A stretch of DNA of 64,000 bases from Nitrosopumilus sp. (GTDB lineage Archaea > Thermoproteota > Nitrososphaeria > Nitrososphaerales > Nitrosopumilaceae): NCBI GenBank assembly GCA_965207075.1, contig CBDBLO010000002.1:832001-896000 (forward strand), read 5' to 3'. Position 1 is the stretch's first letter. Each line of letters begins with the position of its first letter. The notes below the pieces were generated by a model. That model was given only the letters and a program-made list of their open reading frames with translations. It searched no databases and was not told where the DNA came from. Of this stretch, positions 1 through 9,020 are shown one piece after another. The translations under genes and the position numbers were made by a program.

Positions 1-73
1 ACGACTTGCATACGGGACATACCTTGGCGGTGGTGACATACTTGCAGCTGCGGCAGGCCATCTCTCTTGGCAT
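1..73 (-). CDS. spt4: Transcription elongation factor Spt4 / RpoE'' (partial, runs off window edge)
   Basis: Own translation MPREMACRSCKYVTTAKVCPVCKS (CxxC...CPxC zinc ribbon), directly downstream of rpoE1. Confidence 0.85.
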   Translation of the reverse strand, partial: MPREMACRSCKYVTTAKVCPVCKS

Positions 74-75
74 CG

Positions 76-690
76 CTACTTTTTACCTCCCTCTGCCTTT
101 TTGCTAGCCTGCTTGGCGCCGTCGCCTTCGTCTTCGCCCCCCTCTGCCTTCTTGATCTCCTCTGCTATCCATTCGTCGGTGCCAAGAAACGGTTGCCTGC
201 ACGTGATTCCTATCTTTCCCATCGCCGCCGCCTTTCCAAGCGACACGGCCGTGATCCTGGAGCGCAGCGCCGATCCCACCCTGAGCGTCCTGCCGCTCTG
301 GTTCGCTATTATAATTCCGGACTTTACGTCGCTCTTCAGATAGTCGTCCATGACCTGCGAGAGGTGCAGCAAGGCATCGGTGGGGCCTATCCTGACGAAC
401 GCGCCAAAGTCGGTAATGTCCACGATCTCACCGTGCACGATCTCCTGCATCTTCGGATAAAACGTGAGCGCCTTGAACCTGACCCTGTGGAACGTGCCCC
501 CGTCTCCGGCGACCATCTTGCCCATCTCGTCGACCTTTGCGTCCAGAATCATGATTATGTATCCGAGCTCCGCGTTTATCATGCTCTCGTACTTTTCCTT
601 TAGTATGGTGATGGCGGCCCTTCGGAGCGTGGTTCCAAACTGGTCGGGGGGAATTCTGACTACATCGGCCAGGGTCGATATTGAAAACAA
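76..690 (-). CDS. rpoE1: DNA-directed RNA polymerase subunit E' (Rpo7)
   Basis: DVVRIPP N-terminus, S1 domain (GEIVDITDFGAFVRIGPTDALLHLSQ), KIGITCRQPFLG C-terminal motif. Confidence 0.95.
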   Translation of the reverse strand: MFSISTLADVVRIPPDQFGTTLRRAAITILKEKYESMINAELGYIIMILDAKVDEMGKMVAGDGGTFHRVRFKALTFYPKMQEIVHGEIVDITDFGAFVRIGPTDALLHLSQVMDDYLKSDVKSGIIIANQSGRTLRVGSALRSRITAVSLGKAAAMGKIGITCRQPFLGTDEWIAEEIKKAEGGEDEGDGAKQASKKAEGGKK

Positions 691-1051
691 CTGTCGCTCC
701 TCTTGAGGGTTAATTTATGAATCTTTGGACATCGTATGGAACCAAGTCTCTTGAAAGTTCGTGCCTGCCGGCCCCCGTTTTCGGATCTCACGGGCCAGGG
801 CCCCGGATCCGTACTCCGTGCATGCCCGGGCGCTTGGCGCCTTCGCGGTGTGCCGCCTCCGGACACACGCGCGTAATCCGTCGACGGGCGGGGCTCGTGT
901 CGCGCGCACCCTTGGCCACCGGCGGCCCTGCCGGCGACGCGCGTCTTGTCGCGGCCCTATCTGCGGGCCCGCGGCCCTGCCGGGGAACATCCGGCAGCGT
1001 CCAGTGCCTGCGCCGTTTATCTATAAATATAGAATGCAGATTTTCCTGTGT

Positions 1052-2263
1052 ATGGTTGAGATTGGAGAGGTAATCGGCAAGCTAGAGACCGTGATTGACC
1101 CGGATCTCAAAAAGGACATCGTCTCGATGGGGATGATAAAGGACATGGAGCTGGTGGACGACAACCTAAAGTTTACGCTTGAGCTTACCACCCCCGCCTG
1201 CCCGTTCAACGTGGAGATTGAGGAGGACGTGCGGCGCGTGATAGGCGAGCTTGGCGACCTGAAGAGCTTTGACATGAACGTAACCGCAAAGGTCATGGAG
1301 GGGCGCTCCCTTGACGACGACACCGGCCTGGCGACCGTCAAGAACGTCATCGGGGTCGCAAGCGGCAAGGGCGGCGTCGGCAAGTCCACCGTGTCGCTGA
1401 ACCTGGCCCTTGCACTGCAGCAGGCCGGGGCCAAGGTGGGGCTGCTTGACGCCGACATATACGGCCCCAGCATTCCGTTGATGCTTGGGATAAAGGAAGG
1501 CGGCATGGAGGTGGACAACAACAAGCTCCAGCCGGCCGAGTCCAACGGGCTGAAGGTGGTCTCGTTCGGGTTCTTTGCCGACCAGGCGCACCAGGCCGCG
1601 ATATACAGGGGCCCCATAATATCCGGGATACTCAAGCAGTTCCTGGTGGACACCGACTGGTCGGATCTGGACTATCTGATAGTGGACCTGCCGCCTGGAA
1701 CCGGCGACATACCGCTGACGCTGGCGCAGACCATACCGATTACCGGAATACTGGTGATAACCACCCCGCAGGAAGTGGCAAGCAACGTGGCCGTAAAGGC
1801 GATCGGCATGTTTGAAAAACTCAACGTCCCGATACTCGGGGTGGTGGAGAACATGAGCCACTTTGTATGCCCCGACTGCGATGCAAAGCACCGCATATTC
1901 GGCGACGGCGGCGCCAAAAAGATAAGCGAAAAGTTCGACATCCCGTTCCTCGGGGAGATTCCGCTCAATTCCGGCATAATGTCCGGCTCCGACCTGGGCA
2001 AGCCCATAATGATTACGGGTCCCGACTCTCCCGGCGGGGCCGCGTTCAGGAGCGCGGCCCGCAACATAGCGGCGCAGTGCAGCATTCTTGCGGCGAAGCT
2101 GCAGCAGGAGGAAGCGGCGAGTGCAGAGGTCGCGGAGCCTGCCGCCGCCGCCCAGGCCACGGATGCCCCTCCCTCTGACGCCGCGCTGGCGGCGCAGACG
2201 ACGGCAGCCGATTCGCCATCCTTATCCACTGCGTCATACGGCGGCAAGGCTGATTCCACGTGA
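1052..2263 (+). CDS. Mrp/ApbC/NBP35 Fe-S cluster carrier ATPase with N-terminal DUF59 domain
   Basis: VIDPDL..DIVSMG, TTPACP, SGKGGVGKST, DLPPGTGD, VENMS..CPDC; Ala-rich C-terminal tail; start chosen after the TATA-like tract at about 1016-1030. Confidence 0.93.
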   Translation: MVEIGEVIGKLETVIDPDLKKDIVSMGMIKDMELVDDNLKFTLELTTPACPFNVEIEEDVRRVIGELGDLKSFDMNVTAKVMEGRSLDDDTGLATVKNVIGVASGKGGVGKSTVSLNLALALQQAGAKVGLLDADIYGPSIPLMLGIKEGGMEVDNNKLQPAESNGLKVVSFGFFADQAHQAAIYRGPIISGILKQFLVDTDWSDLDYLIVDLPPGTGDIPLTLAQTIPITGILVITTPQEVASNVAVKAIGMFEKLNVPILGVVENMSHFVCPDCDAKHRIFGDGGAKKISEKFDIPFLGEIPLNSGIMSGSDLGKPIMITGPDSPGGAAFRSAARNIAAQCSILAAKLQQEEAASAEVAEPAAAAQATDAPPSDAALAAQTTAADSPSLSTASYGGKADST

Positions 2264-2835
2264 GGCTGCCAGAGTCGTGCCGTGAAGATCTAAAGACGCC
2301 GCTGGGCGTCCTGCTGCCCGATGCCGGTATTACAAAAGAGCAGGTCGCAGGCATGATACGCCCCGGCTCGTACGTGGTGACCGTAGGCGATCGCACCACC
2401 GAGAGGCTGATACAGTTTGGCATAGTCCCGTCCCTCCAGATAACGGACGGGCTCGAGAAGAGGCGGATCCGTCCCCATCCGCGGCTTGCAGAGGCGGGCG
2501 GCGCCGACGATGCCAAGGAGGGTGAGGGCCGCGGCGCCGGCGCGCGGCATGCGGGCAGCCGCGTCGGAACAAAGACCACCGTGATGGAGGTGTCAAACCC
2601 GCCCGCCCAGATCACGCGGGAGAGCGTCTCGGCCATACGCAAGGCCTTCGCGGCGAGGCCGCCCGTCCGGATACGCGTAAATGGCGAGGAGGATCTGCTC
2701 GTCATTCCAGTATGCGTCTACGCGCCTGATAATACCGTGGTGCTGTACGGGCAGCCGGACGAGGGGCTGGTCGTCACGTCGGTCACCGACGAAATTAGAA
2801 ATAAGACCCGTGGCATCATGTCCCACATGGGATGA
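2260..2835 (+). CDS. GTP-dependent dephospho-CoA kinase (DUF359)
   Basis: LK.PLG, TVGDRTT, DG..KR, VSNPPAQI, GEEDLL, YGQPDEG motifs. Confidence 0.88.
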   Translation: MRLPESCREDLKTPLGVLLPDAGITKEQVAGMIRPGSYVVTVGDRTTERLIQFGIVPSLQITDGLEKRRIRPHPRLAEAGGADDAKEGEGRGAGARHAGSRVGTKTTVMEVSNPPAQITRESVSAIRKAFAARPPVRIRVNGEEDLLVIPVCVYAPDNTVVLYGQPDEGLVVTSVTDEIRNKTRGIMSHMG

Positions 2836-3051
2836 CAGGACGTGATGAGACGGTGGCTGTATGAGCGGTGATTATCCACCAATGCCTGATCCTCTTATCC
2901 ACCCCGAGGCGGTCCCGGCACGTGATCCGGGATACGCGCCAACGCGGGCCGCCGCATCAACGGCCGGGATACGCGCCATCTCAAAAAATAAACCAAATGA
3001 GTCGCTGGGGTTGACATTGAGCCATATATGCGGGTCGCACGACCCGACACC

Positions 3052-3429
3052 ATGAAGCTGGGACCGGAGCTGCGCCTCGCCATACTTGAAAAGGTCGGGA
3101 TATACTCTGCCCGCTTTTCGATATCGGAGCCCCGGGTGCTTCTGACCACGAGGGAGGTGCTTGATGCCCCGAGGAACATGACTGCGGGCAGGCGCACGTC
3201 TGCATACAAGTACTACGGCGTCTCGTATCTGCAGCACAACACCATATTCATCAACGTGCGGAAGATTCCAAATGAGAGGGTGCTTGAGAACACCATCGTA
3301 CACGAGCTCATCCACATGAGGTTCCGATACATGTCCCACGGCAGGCGGTTCAACAGGCTCGTCAGGCGCGGCTTGGCGGGCGCTAGGTTTGCCCCGTACC
3401 GCAGGCGGGCATCAGGGCGCGGGAAGTAG
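3052..3429 (+). CDS. Small HExxH zinc-metalloprotease-like protein (YgjP/SprT-like)
   Basis: IVHELIHMRF..MSHGRRF motif. Confidence 0.65.
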   Translation: MKLGPELRLAILEKVGIYSARFSISEPRVLLTTREVLDAPRNMTAGRRTSAYKYYGVSYLQHNTIFINVRKIPNERVLENTIVHELIHMRFRYMSHGRRFNRLVRRGLAGARFAPYRRRASGRGK

Positions 3430-3558
3430 TAGTAGTGGCAACAGCAGGCGCGGCAACGGCGTATTCTGCAAATTAGAGGATCCGCTGGCCCTGTGCATGC
3501 ACGGCCTGGGTTTGTCCGTTTTTTGATTTATATTTACATGCTCGGGCAGTCCGCATAC

Positions 3559-5598
3559 ATGGAGTTCTCTGAGATCCTGCCCTTTGCGGCGGGAGCTGCC
3601 TCGTTTATAGTGGCGGGCGTGCTGGTCGGCTGGATCTCAAGGCAGCCTGCCGGGACAAAGCAGATGATGGAGATATCCGACGCGGTGCGCGTGGGAGCCG
3701 CAGCATTTCTCAAGAGGGAGATGAAGGTTATAGTGCCCGTGGCAATAGCGCTGTCCGTTATAATCGGCGCGTTCCTGCAGCCCTCAAACGGCATTGCGTT
3801 TGCGGTGGGGGCGACGCTGTCGGCCGTTGCGGGGCTCATATCACTGAAGATTACGGTAAAGGCCGCCGTGCGGGCGGCAAACCTGAGCGGCAGCGGGCTT
3901 GGCAAGACCTTTGCGATGGCGTTCCGGGGTGGAGCGACCGTGGGGCTTGCGATACCCGCAATGGCGCTGCTTGCGATAACCGGGCTGTACCTCATATATG
4001 AGGATCCGATCACCATTGCCGGCGTCGGGATAGGCGCCAGCCTGATTGCGCTGTTCATCAGGATAGGCGGCGGCATATTCACAAAGGCCGCCGACATGGG
4101 GGCCGACTTGGTCGGCAAGGTGGAGGCCAACATTCCCGAGGACGATCCCCGCAACCCCGCCACGATTGCCGACAACGTGGGCGACAACGTGGGGGACGCG
4201 GCGGGAATGGGCTCTGACGTGTACGAGTCCTACATCGTGACCATACTGGCGGCAATCCTGATAGCCGCCCTCATCGGGGCCCCCGAGCTGTTCCTGTACC
4301 CGATACTGATTGGCACCTCTGGCATGATTGCCTCCATAATCGGCATAGCCATAGTCGGCTCAAAGAACATCACGGACGTGATGAAGCCCCTCGACCGGTC
4401 GTTCTACGTCTCGGCCGGGATTGCCATTGTACTGAACTTTGCCTTTACGATGTGGTTTGTGGGCGACACCGCAGCGTCGTACGCCCTGTTTGGCACCACC
4501 GTCATCGGGGTGCTGCTGGTCCCGGTCATACAGAAGATAACGGACCGGTACACCAACTACAAGTACGGGCCCGTCATGGAGATCGCCGAGTCGGCGCGCT
4601 GGGGCTATGCGTCGCTGACCCTGATGGGGATCATAAAGGGGCTGCAGTCGACGGGGCCGTTCATGATTGCCCTCGTTGCCGCAATAATCATATCGTACGC
4701 GGTGTCATCGTCTGCCGCCCCCGAGGGCGCGGATCCCGTCCTGTACGGTATATTCGGCACGTCGCTTACTGCAATGGCGATGCTGAGCCTTGCCGGAATC
4801 GTGCTGAGCATCGACGCGTTCGGGCCAATCGCGGACAACGCTGGCGGAATCGTGGAGATGACCGGCATGGGGGAGGAGAACCGCAAGGTGACAGACGAGA
4901 TAGACGCGGTCGGAAACACCACAAAGGCGGTCACAAAGGGGTTCGCGATTGCGAGCGCGGCCCTTGCGGCGCTGGCCATGATACAGGCATTCCAGTTCGA
5001 GGCGGCCCACGTGTTTGAAGGCGTGCTGGAGCTTAACTACAGCCTCACAAATCCCGCCGTTATAGTGGGGCTGCTTGTGGGCGGACTGGTGCCGTTTATA
5101 ATAACCGGGCAGCTGATAAACGGGGTCTCTAGGGCGGCCGGCAAGATGGTCGACGAGGTCCGCAGGCAGTTCAAGGCCGACCCAGAGATACTCACGGGCA
5201 AGTCCAAGCCGGACTATGCAAAGTGCGTCGACATTGCGACGGTGGCGTCGATAAAGGAGCTGTGGAAGTCCGCAATCATCGCAATCATCGCCCCGATCAT
5301 ACTCGGGGTGCTGCTAGGGCCGACGGCCGTGGCGGGGCTGCTCATGGGCGCCGTGGTCACGGGGATATTCCTGGCGTACCACCTGGCAAACACCGGCGGC
5401 GCGTGGGACAACGCAAAGAAGCTGGTGGAGATGAGGGGCCAAAAGGGCACCGAGGAGCACAAGGTGGCCGTGGTGGGCGACATAATCGGGGATCCGTACA
5501 AGGATACGGCGGGGCCCGCGCTGAACACCGTGATCAAGCTGCTAAACACGATTGCAATCGTGTTCGTGTCCGCGTTTGTGGCCGTGCTGGTGCTGTGA
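3559..5598 (+). CDS. hppA: Membrane-bound H+-translocating pyrophosphatase, K+-independent type
   Basis: GGGIFTKAADMGADLVGKVEANIPEDDPRNPATIADNVGDNVGD, GNTTKAVTKG (Lys variant), GDPYKDTAGPALN; polytopic membrane protein. Confidence 0.96.
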   Translation: MEFSEILPFAAGAASFIVAGVLVGWISRQPAGTKQMMEISDAVRVGAAAFLKREMKVIVPVAIALSVIIGAFLQPSNGIAFAVGATLSAVAGLISLKITVKAAVRAANLSGSGLGKTFAMAFRGGATVGLAIPAMALLAITGLYLIYEDPITIAGVGIGASLIALFIRIGGGIFTKAADMGADLVGKVEANIPEDDPRNPATIADNVGDNVGDAAGMGSDVYESYIVTILAAILIAALIGAPELFLYPILIGTSGMIASIIGIAIVGSKNITDVMKPLDRSFYVSAGIAIVLNFAFTMWFVGDTAASYALFGTTVIGVLLVPVIQKITDRYTNYKYGPVMEIAESARWGYASLTLMGIIKGLQSTGPFMIALVAAIIISYAVSSSAAPEGADPVLYGIFGTSLTAMAMLSLAGIVLSIDAFGPIADNAGGIVEMTGMGEENRKVTDEIDAVGNTTKAVTKGFAIASAALAALAMIQAFQFEAAHVFEGVLELNYSLTNPAVIVGLLVGGLVPFIITGQLINGVSRAAGKMVDEVRRQFKADPEILTGKSKPDYAKCVDIATVASIKELWKSAIIAIIAPIILGVLLGPTAVAGLLMGAVVTGIFLAYHLANTGGAWDNAKKLVEMRGQKGTEEHKVAVVGDIIGDPYKDTAGPALNTVIKLLNTIAIVFVSAFVAVLVL

Positions 5599-5790
5599 TT
5601 CCGGCCGGCACGGAGGCATGAGCGGCTTGCGCGGTTTGCGTAATGTTTGAGGGAGGGACGCGCCGGGAACGGCAAAGCCGGGTACGTCACGTGAGCAGCG
5701 TCCGCTGGGACATCATAATAATCATATAATAACAGTAAGAAGGAGAAGAAGAAGAAGAAAAAAGATCGGTGTCGAGGGTTTGCCTAGCGC

Positions 5791-6048
5791 CTAAGGACAG
5801 CCTTCCATCTTTTGGATATAGTATCCCTTTTCCTCGATGGATCTTTCGACCGGTTCTGGCGCATGCTGGGAATGGCAGAACTTGCACTCGTTGGTGGTCA
5901 TTGTGGCACCGCCCTCACCGATGGATTCTAGCCACTCCTTGCCATACTCGATGGCCTTGTCGTGGTCCTTTTCGCCCGTAATCACGTCAAAGTGCATGGT
6001 ATGCCCGTCTGCAGCAGCGACGTAGGTGTCGTATACGTGGATTTCCAT
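5791..6048 (-). CDS. DUF2024 family protein
   Basis: VYDTYV...GHTMHFDVI...ECKFCHSQ pattern. Confidence 0.75.
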   Translation of the reverse strand: MEIHVYDTYVAAADGHTMHFDVITGEKDHDKAIEYGKEWLESIGEGGATMTTNECKFCHSQHAPEPVERSIEEKGYYIQKMEGCP

Positions 6049-6106
6049 GAGCCAACTCTGATCCAGTCCTATTTAATTCACGATATCCGTATATGGTCGT
6101 GGAATG

Positions 6107-6571
6107 CTATCGTGCGCCCTTCTGTTCTTCCGCCCCGGCCTCCGACGCCCCTGCCGCCGCTACTATCACTGCAACGGCCTCGGTTCCGCCCCCGCCCCCC
6201 TCCGGCGTCACGTGCGCCCTGAACTCCTTGGTCTGTCCCGAATATATCACCCACACCACGGGATTTGTGCGCATGAACCGCATGTCCGTATCTGAGGGGG
6301 CCGCGCCTGATGCGGGATGCGAGTGGAATATGCCGATGACCTCGAGGCCGCGCTTTTCCGCGGCCCTGTATGCGCCAAGCAGCTGGTCCGGCGCCATGCT
6401 AAAGAATTGCTCCGGCCTGGGATCCACGTTGTCTGCAAAGAATACGTCCCTTACCGCGCCCTTTGCGCCCAGCAGCAGGGCGCAGGACTCGAGCGCGCCG
6501 GCTCTTTCTGCATGTTCTGCCAGTTCTGTCATGTGCTTCCTGGATATTGAGATCTCTCTACTTGGCCGCAT
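6107..6571 (-). CDS. JAMM/MPN (Mov34) metalloprotease
   Basis: ESCALLLG...GIFHSHPASGAAPSDTD JAMM motif. Confidence 0.88.
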   Translation of the reverse strand: MRPSREISISRKHMTELAEHAERAGALESCALLLGAKGAVRDVFFADNVDPRPEQFFSMAPDQLLGAYRAAEKRGLEVIGIFHSHPASGAAPSDTDMRFMRTNPVVWVIYSGQTKEFRAHVTPEGGGGGTEAVAVIVAAAGASEAGAEEQKGAR

Positions 6572-6696
6572 ACGTGGTGTCTGTGGCGGTCATGAATATA
6601 TCATGATGCTCGTCCGGTTGATTGCGTGCGTGCATACGTGCATGCATGATGCATGTGTGTGTCACTGGTGTCCGCGCGCCCCCGCGCGCATGGCAC

Positions 6697-7506
6697 TCAC
6701 TCCGCGGCCTCTTCCACCACGATTGTGGAGACCATCCACGGATGTACGATGCACCAATACTCAAACTCGCCCACACCTATCTCCGCGGTCTCTACAATGA
6801 ACGTCTCGCCCTCTGCCATCAGGCCCGAGTTGAACGTCTCGCCCTGGTCCACGGTGGTGGTCACTGTATGCGCCACTATGTCGTCGTTGGTCCACACTAT
6901 GCTGTTGCCGAGCGGTACGTTTGCAACGTCGGGGTCATAATCGGGATTGTCCGGGTTGTCCGAGCCTGCCAGTATGGCAATCTCATACACGGGGCCCTGC
7001 GGGCCTGCCGCCACCTCTTCCTCCTCTGGGACCTCTACCACCTCCTGCGGTATGATGTACGTGTCGGGGCTTACAAATCCAAACGAGATCCACATTATGA
7101 TGCCGGTCGCGCCAGCTATCGCCACTATGGAGCCGACCGGCTTTAGGTACACCGGATGCTTCATTGCCAGGTATGATATTATGATTGCCGGAAACGCGAT
7201 TGCCATGAGTATTCCTGCTATGGTGATGGTGTAGTTTGACGTGTTCATGGTCATCGCATACATTCCAAAGCCCAGTGATATCGAGAGTATGACCAGCGCA
7301 GTGGCCTTTGCCCTGTTGCTTGTGGATACGCCTCCGTCAAGTATCCCGGTCGCCAGGAAGATCAGTCCCACGAACATGGTAAGTCCCGTCAGGGCGTGCA
7401 TGCCGTCTATGAACGTGTGGGCGATCTCCGCGTACGAGATGACGAGGCCCGCCAGTCCTATGGATGTAAGTCCCATGCCGGGCATCATGAGATCCCAGTT
7501 GCTCAT
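6697..7506 (-). CDS. Membrane-anchored blue (type 1) copper / plastocyanin-like protein
   Basis: Multiple N-terminal TM helices; C-terminal cupredoxin WTNDD..AHTVT...YWCIVHPWM. Confidence 0.88.
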   Translation of the reverse strand: MSNWDLMMPGMGLTSIGLAGLVISYAEIAHTFIDGMHALTGLTMFVGLIFLATGILDGGVSTSNRAKATALVILSISLGFGMYAMTMNTSNYTITIAGILMAIAFPAIIISYLAMKHPVYLKPVGSIVAIAGATGIIMWISFGFVSPDTYIIPQEVVEVPEEEEVAAGPQGPVYEIAILAGSDNPDNPDYDPDVANVPLGNSIVWTNDDIVAHTVTTTVDQGETFNSGLMAEGETFIVETAEIGVGEFEYWCIVHPWMVSTIVVEEAAE

Positions 7507-7697
7507 TTGCTGTTGCTCCAGAATCTAGTTAAATAACCGTTTACACCCCGCCGTTGTCCGGGGCGTGTCGCGACATTCCTCCCCTCCACCCGCACTTCTC
7601 CGTTCGTTGTACCCCCTCCCCCTTCTCCATCGCCGCCGCCGCCGCCGCCGCCATTATTTTAAAAGGGATTAAATGGCATTGCAAGGTGACACATCCA

Positions 7698-8588
7698 ATG
7701 GCGTTGCTGGCAGACATAGTTGAGGTGTCAAAGCCCAGGATCGTGGTGCTGCTGGTTATCACCGCCGTCGCGTCCATGTACGGGGCAAGCAGGCTGGTCG
7801 AGGGAGCCCCGGACGTCGGATACGCGCAGTACCTGCATATCATAATAGCGGGAGCCATGGCCTCGGCCGGCTCTAGCGCACTGAACCACTACTATGACCG
7901 CGATATAGACTCGATGATGGGGCGCACAAGCAAGAGGCCCATCCCTGCGGGGCGCCTCTCGCCGCGCACCGTCTTTGCGTACGGGCTGGCCACGAGCTGC
8001 GCCTCGGTCGTGTATGGGTACGTCGCGCTCAACCCCGCGTCTGCAGCGTTCATCGCGCTGGGAATATTCTCCTATGTCATAATATACACGGCCTGGCTGA
8101 AGCGGCTCAACACGTCAAATATCGTGATAGGCGGCATAGCCGGAAGCGCGGCTGCGTGGGCCGGCTGGGCCGGGGCCACCGGAGGCATGGACCTGCTGGG
8201 ATTCCTGGTGGGGTTCCTGGTGTTTGTCTGGACGCCGTCGCATTTCTGGTGCCTTGCAATGAAGATCCGCGACGAGTACGCGCAGGCAAACGTGCCGATG
8301 CTGCCCGTTGTAATAGGCATGCAAAAGACCTCCCGGTACATACTTGTCAACACCATCATACTGGTGCCGTACTCGCTTGCCCTCTCCTTTATTCCCGCCG
8401 GGATGGGGGCCGTATACCTTGCAATCGCGGCGGTCTCGGGGGGGCTGATGCTCGCGTATCACTACAAGCTTACAAAGAACCCGACGTCGGAGTTTGCGTG
8501 GAAGGCGTACAAGGTGACGGCCCCGTACCTGACTATAATATTCGCGGCAGTCGTGCTGGACGCCGCGTTTCACGTGCCGCTGTTCTGA
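7698..8588 (+). CDS. cyoE: Heme O synthase (protoheme IX farnesyltransferase)
   Basis: KPRIV, LNHYYDRDIDSMMGRTSKRPIPAG, YTAWLKR, WTPSHFW, DEYAQANVPMLP. Confidence 0.93.
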   Translation: MALLADIVEVSKPRIVVLLVITAVASMYGASRLVEGAPDVGYAQYLHIIIAGAMASAGSSALNHYYDRDIDSMMGRTSKRPIPAGRLSPRTVFAYGLATSCASVVYGYVALNPASAAFIALGIFSYVIIYTAWLKRLNTSNIVIGGIAGSAAAWAGWAGATGGMDLLGFLVGFLVFVWTPSHFWCLAMKIRDEYAQANVPMLPVVIGMQKTSRYILVNTIILVPYSLALSFIPAGMGAVYLAIAAVSGGLMLAYHYKLTKNPTSEFAWKAYKVTAPYLTIIFAAVVLDAAFHVPLF

Positions 8589-8622
8589 CAGTGCGCGGCC
8601 GCGGGCCGGCTGGCGCGCGGCG

Positions 8623-9012
8623 TCACTTTTCGAGCCCCGGAAAGCTGGCCTCGTACGACTTGTCCGCGTCGCTGTCGCCGCCCCCGTTGCCGCCTGATGC
8701 CGAGGAGCCCCTGGAGGATCCCGACTTGGATCGGGCGCCCCCACTGGCGCCGTCCTCGGACCCGCCGCCCTGCGCGTCGCCGTACCCTGTGGAGTCCTCC
8801 TCCTCCTCGGCCGCCTCTATGCGGCGCTCGTCCTTTGTCACCCACGCGATCTTTACCAGCCCGAGTATCTCCAAGTCGAGCAGCAGCTTGTTGAACCTGT
8901 CCTCTGGTATGATCCTGCCCTCCTTTGTCATGCTCTTGTAGAGATCGACGTCGGTAAGCGCGCCCGCGCCCCTTACCTTCTCGAGCAGTTCATTCTTTAT
9001 CAGTGAGACCAT
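8623..9012 (-). CDS. Conserved hypothetical winged-helix-like protein co-oriented with cdc48
   Basis: FNKLLLDLEILGLVKIAW motif, acidic/Gly-rich insert, YEASFPG tail. Confidence 0.7.
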   Translation of the reverse strand: MVSLIKNELLEKVRGAGALTDVDLYKSMTKEGRIIPEDRFNKLLLDLEILGLVKIAWVTKDERRIEAAEEEEDSTGYGDAQGGGSEDGASGGARSKSGSSRGSSASGGNGGGDSDADKSYEASFPGLEK

Positions 9013-9020
9013 TGCAATCG

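Noticed and set aside
6620-6665. Alternating purine-pyrimidine tract (tgcgtgcatacgtgcatgcatg) as a functional Z-DNA element
   Set aside because: Short, intergenic and consistent with the general slippage-type sequence in this genome
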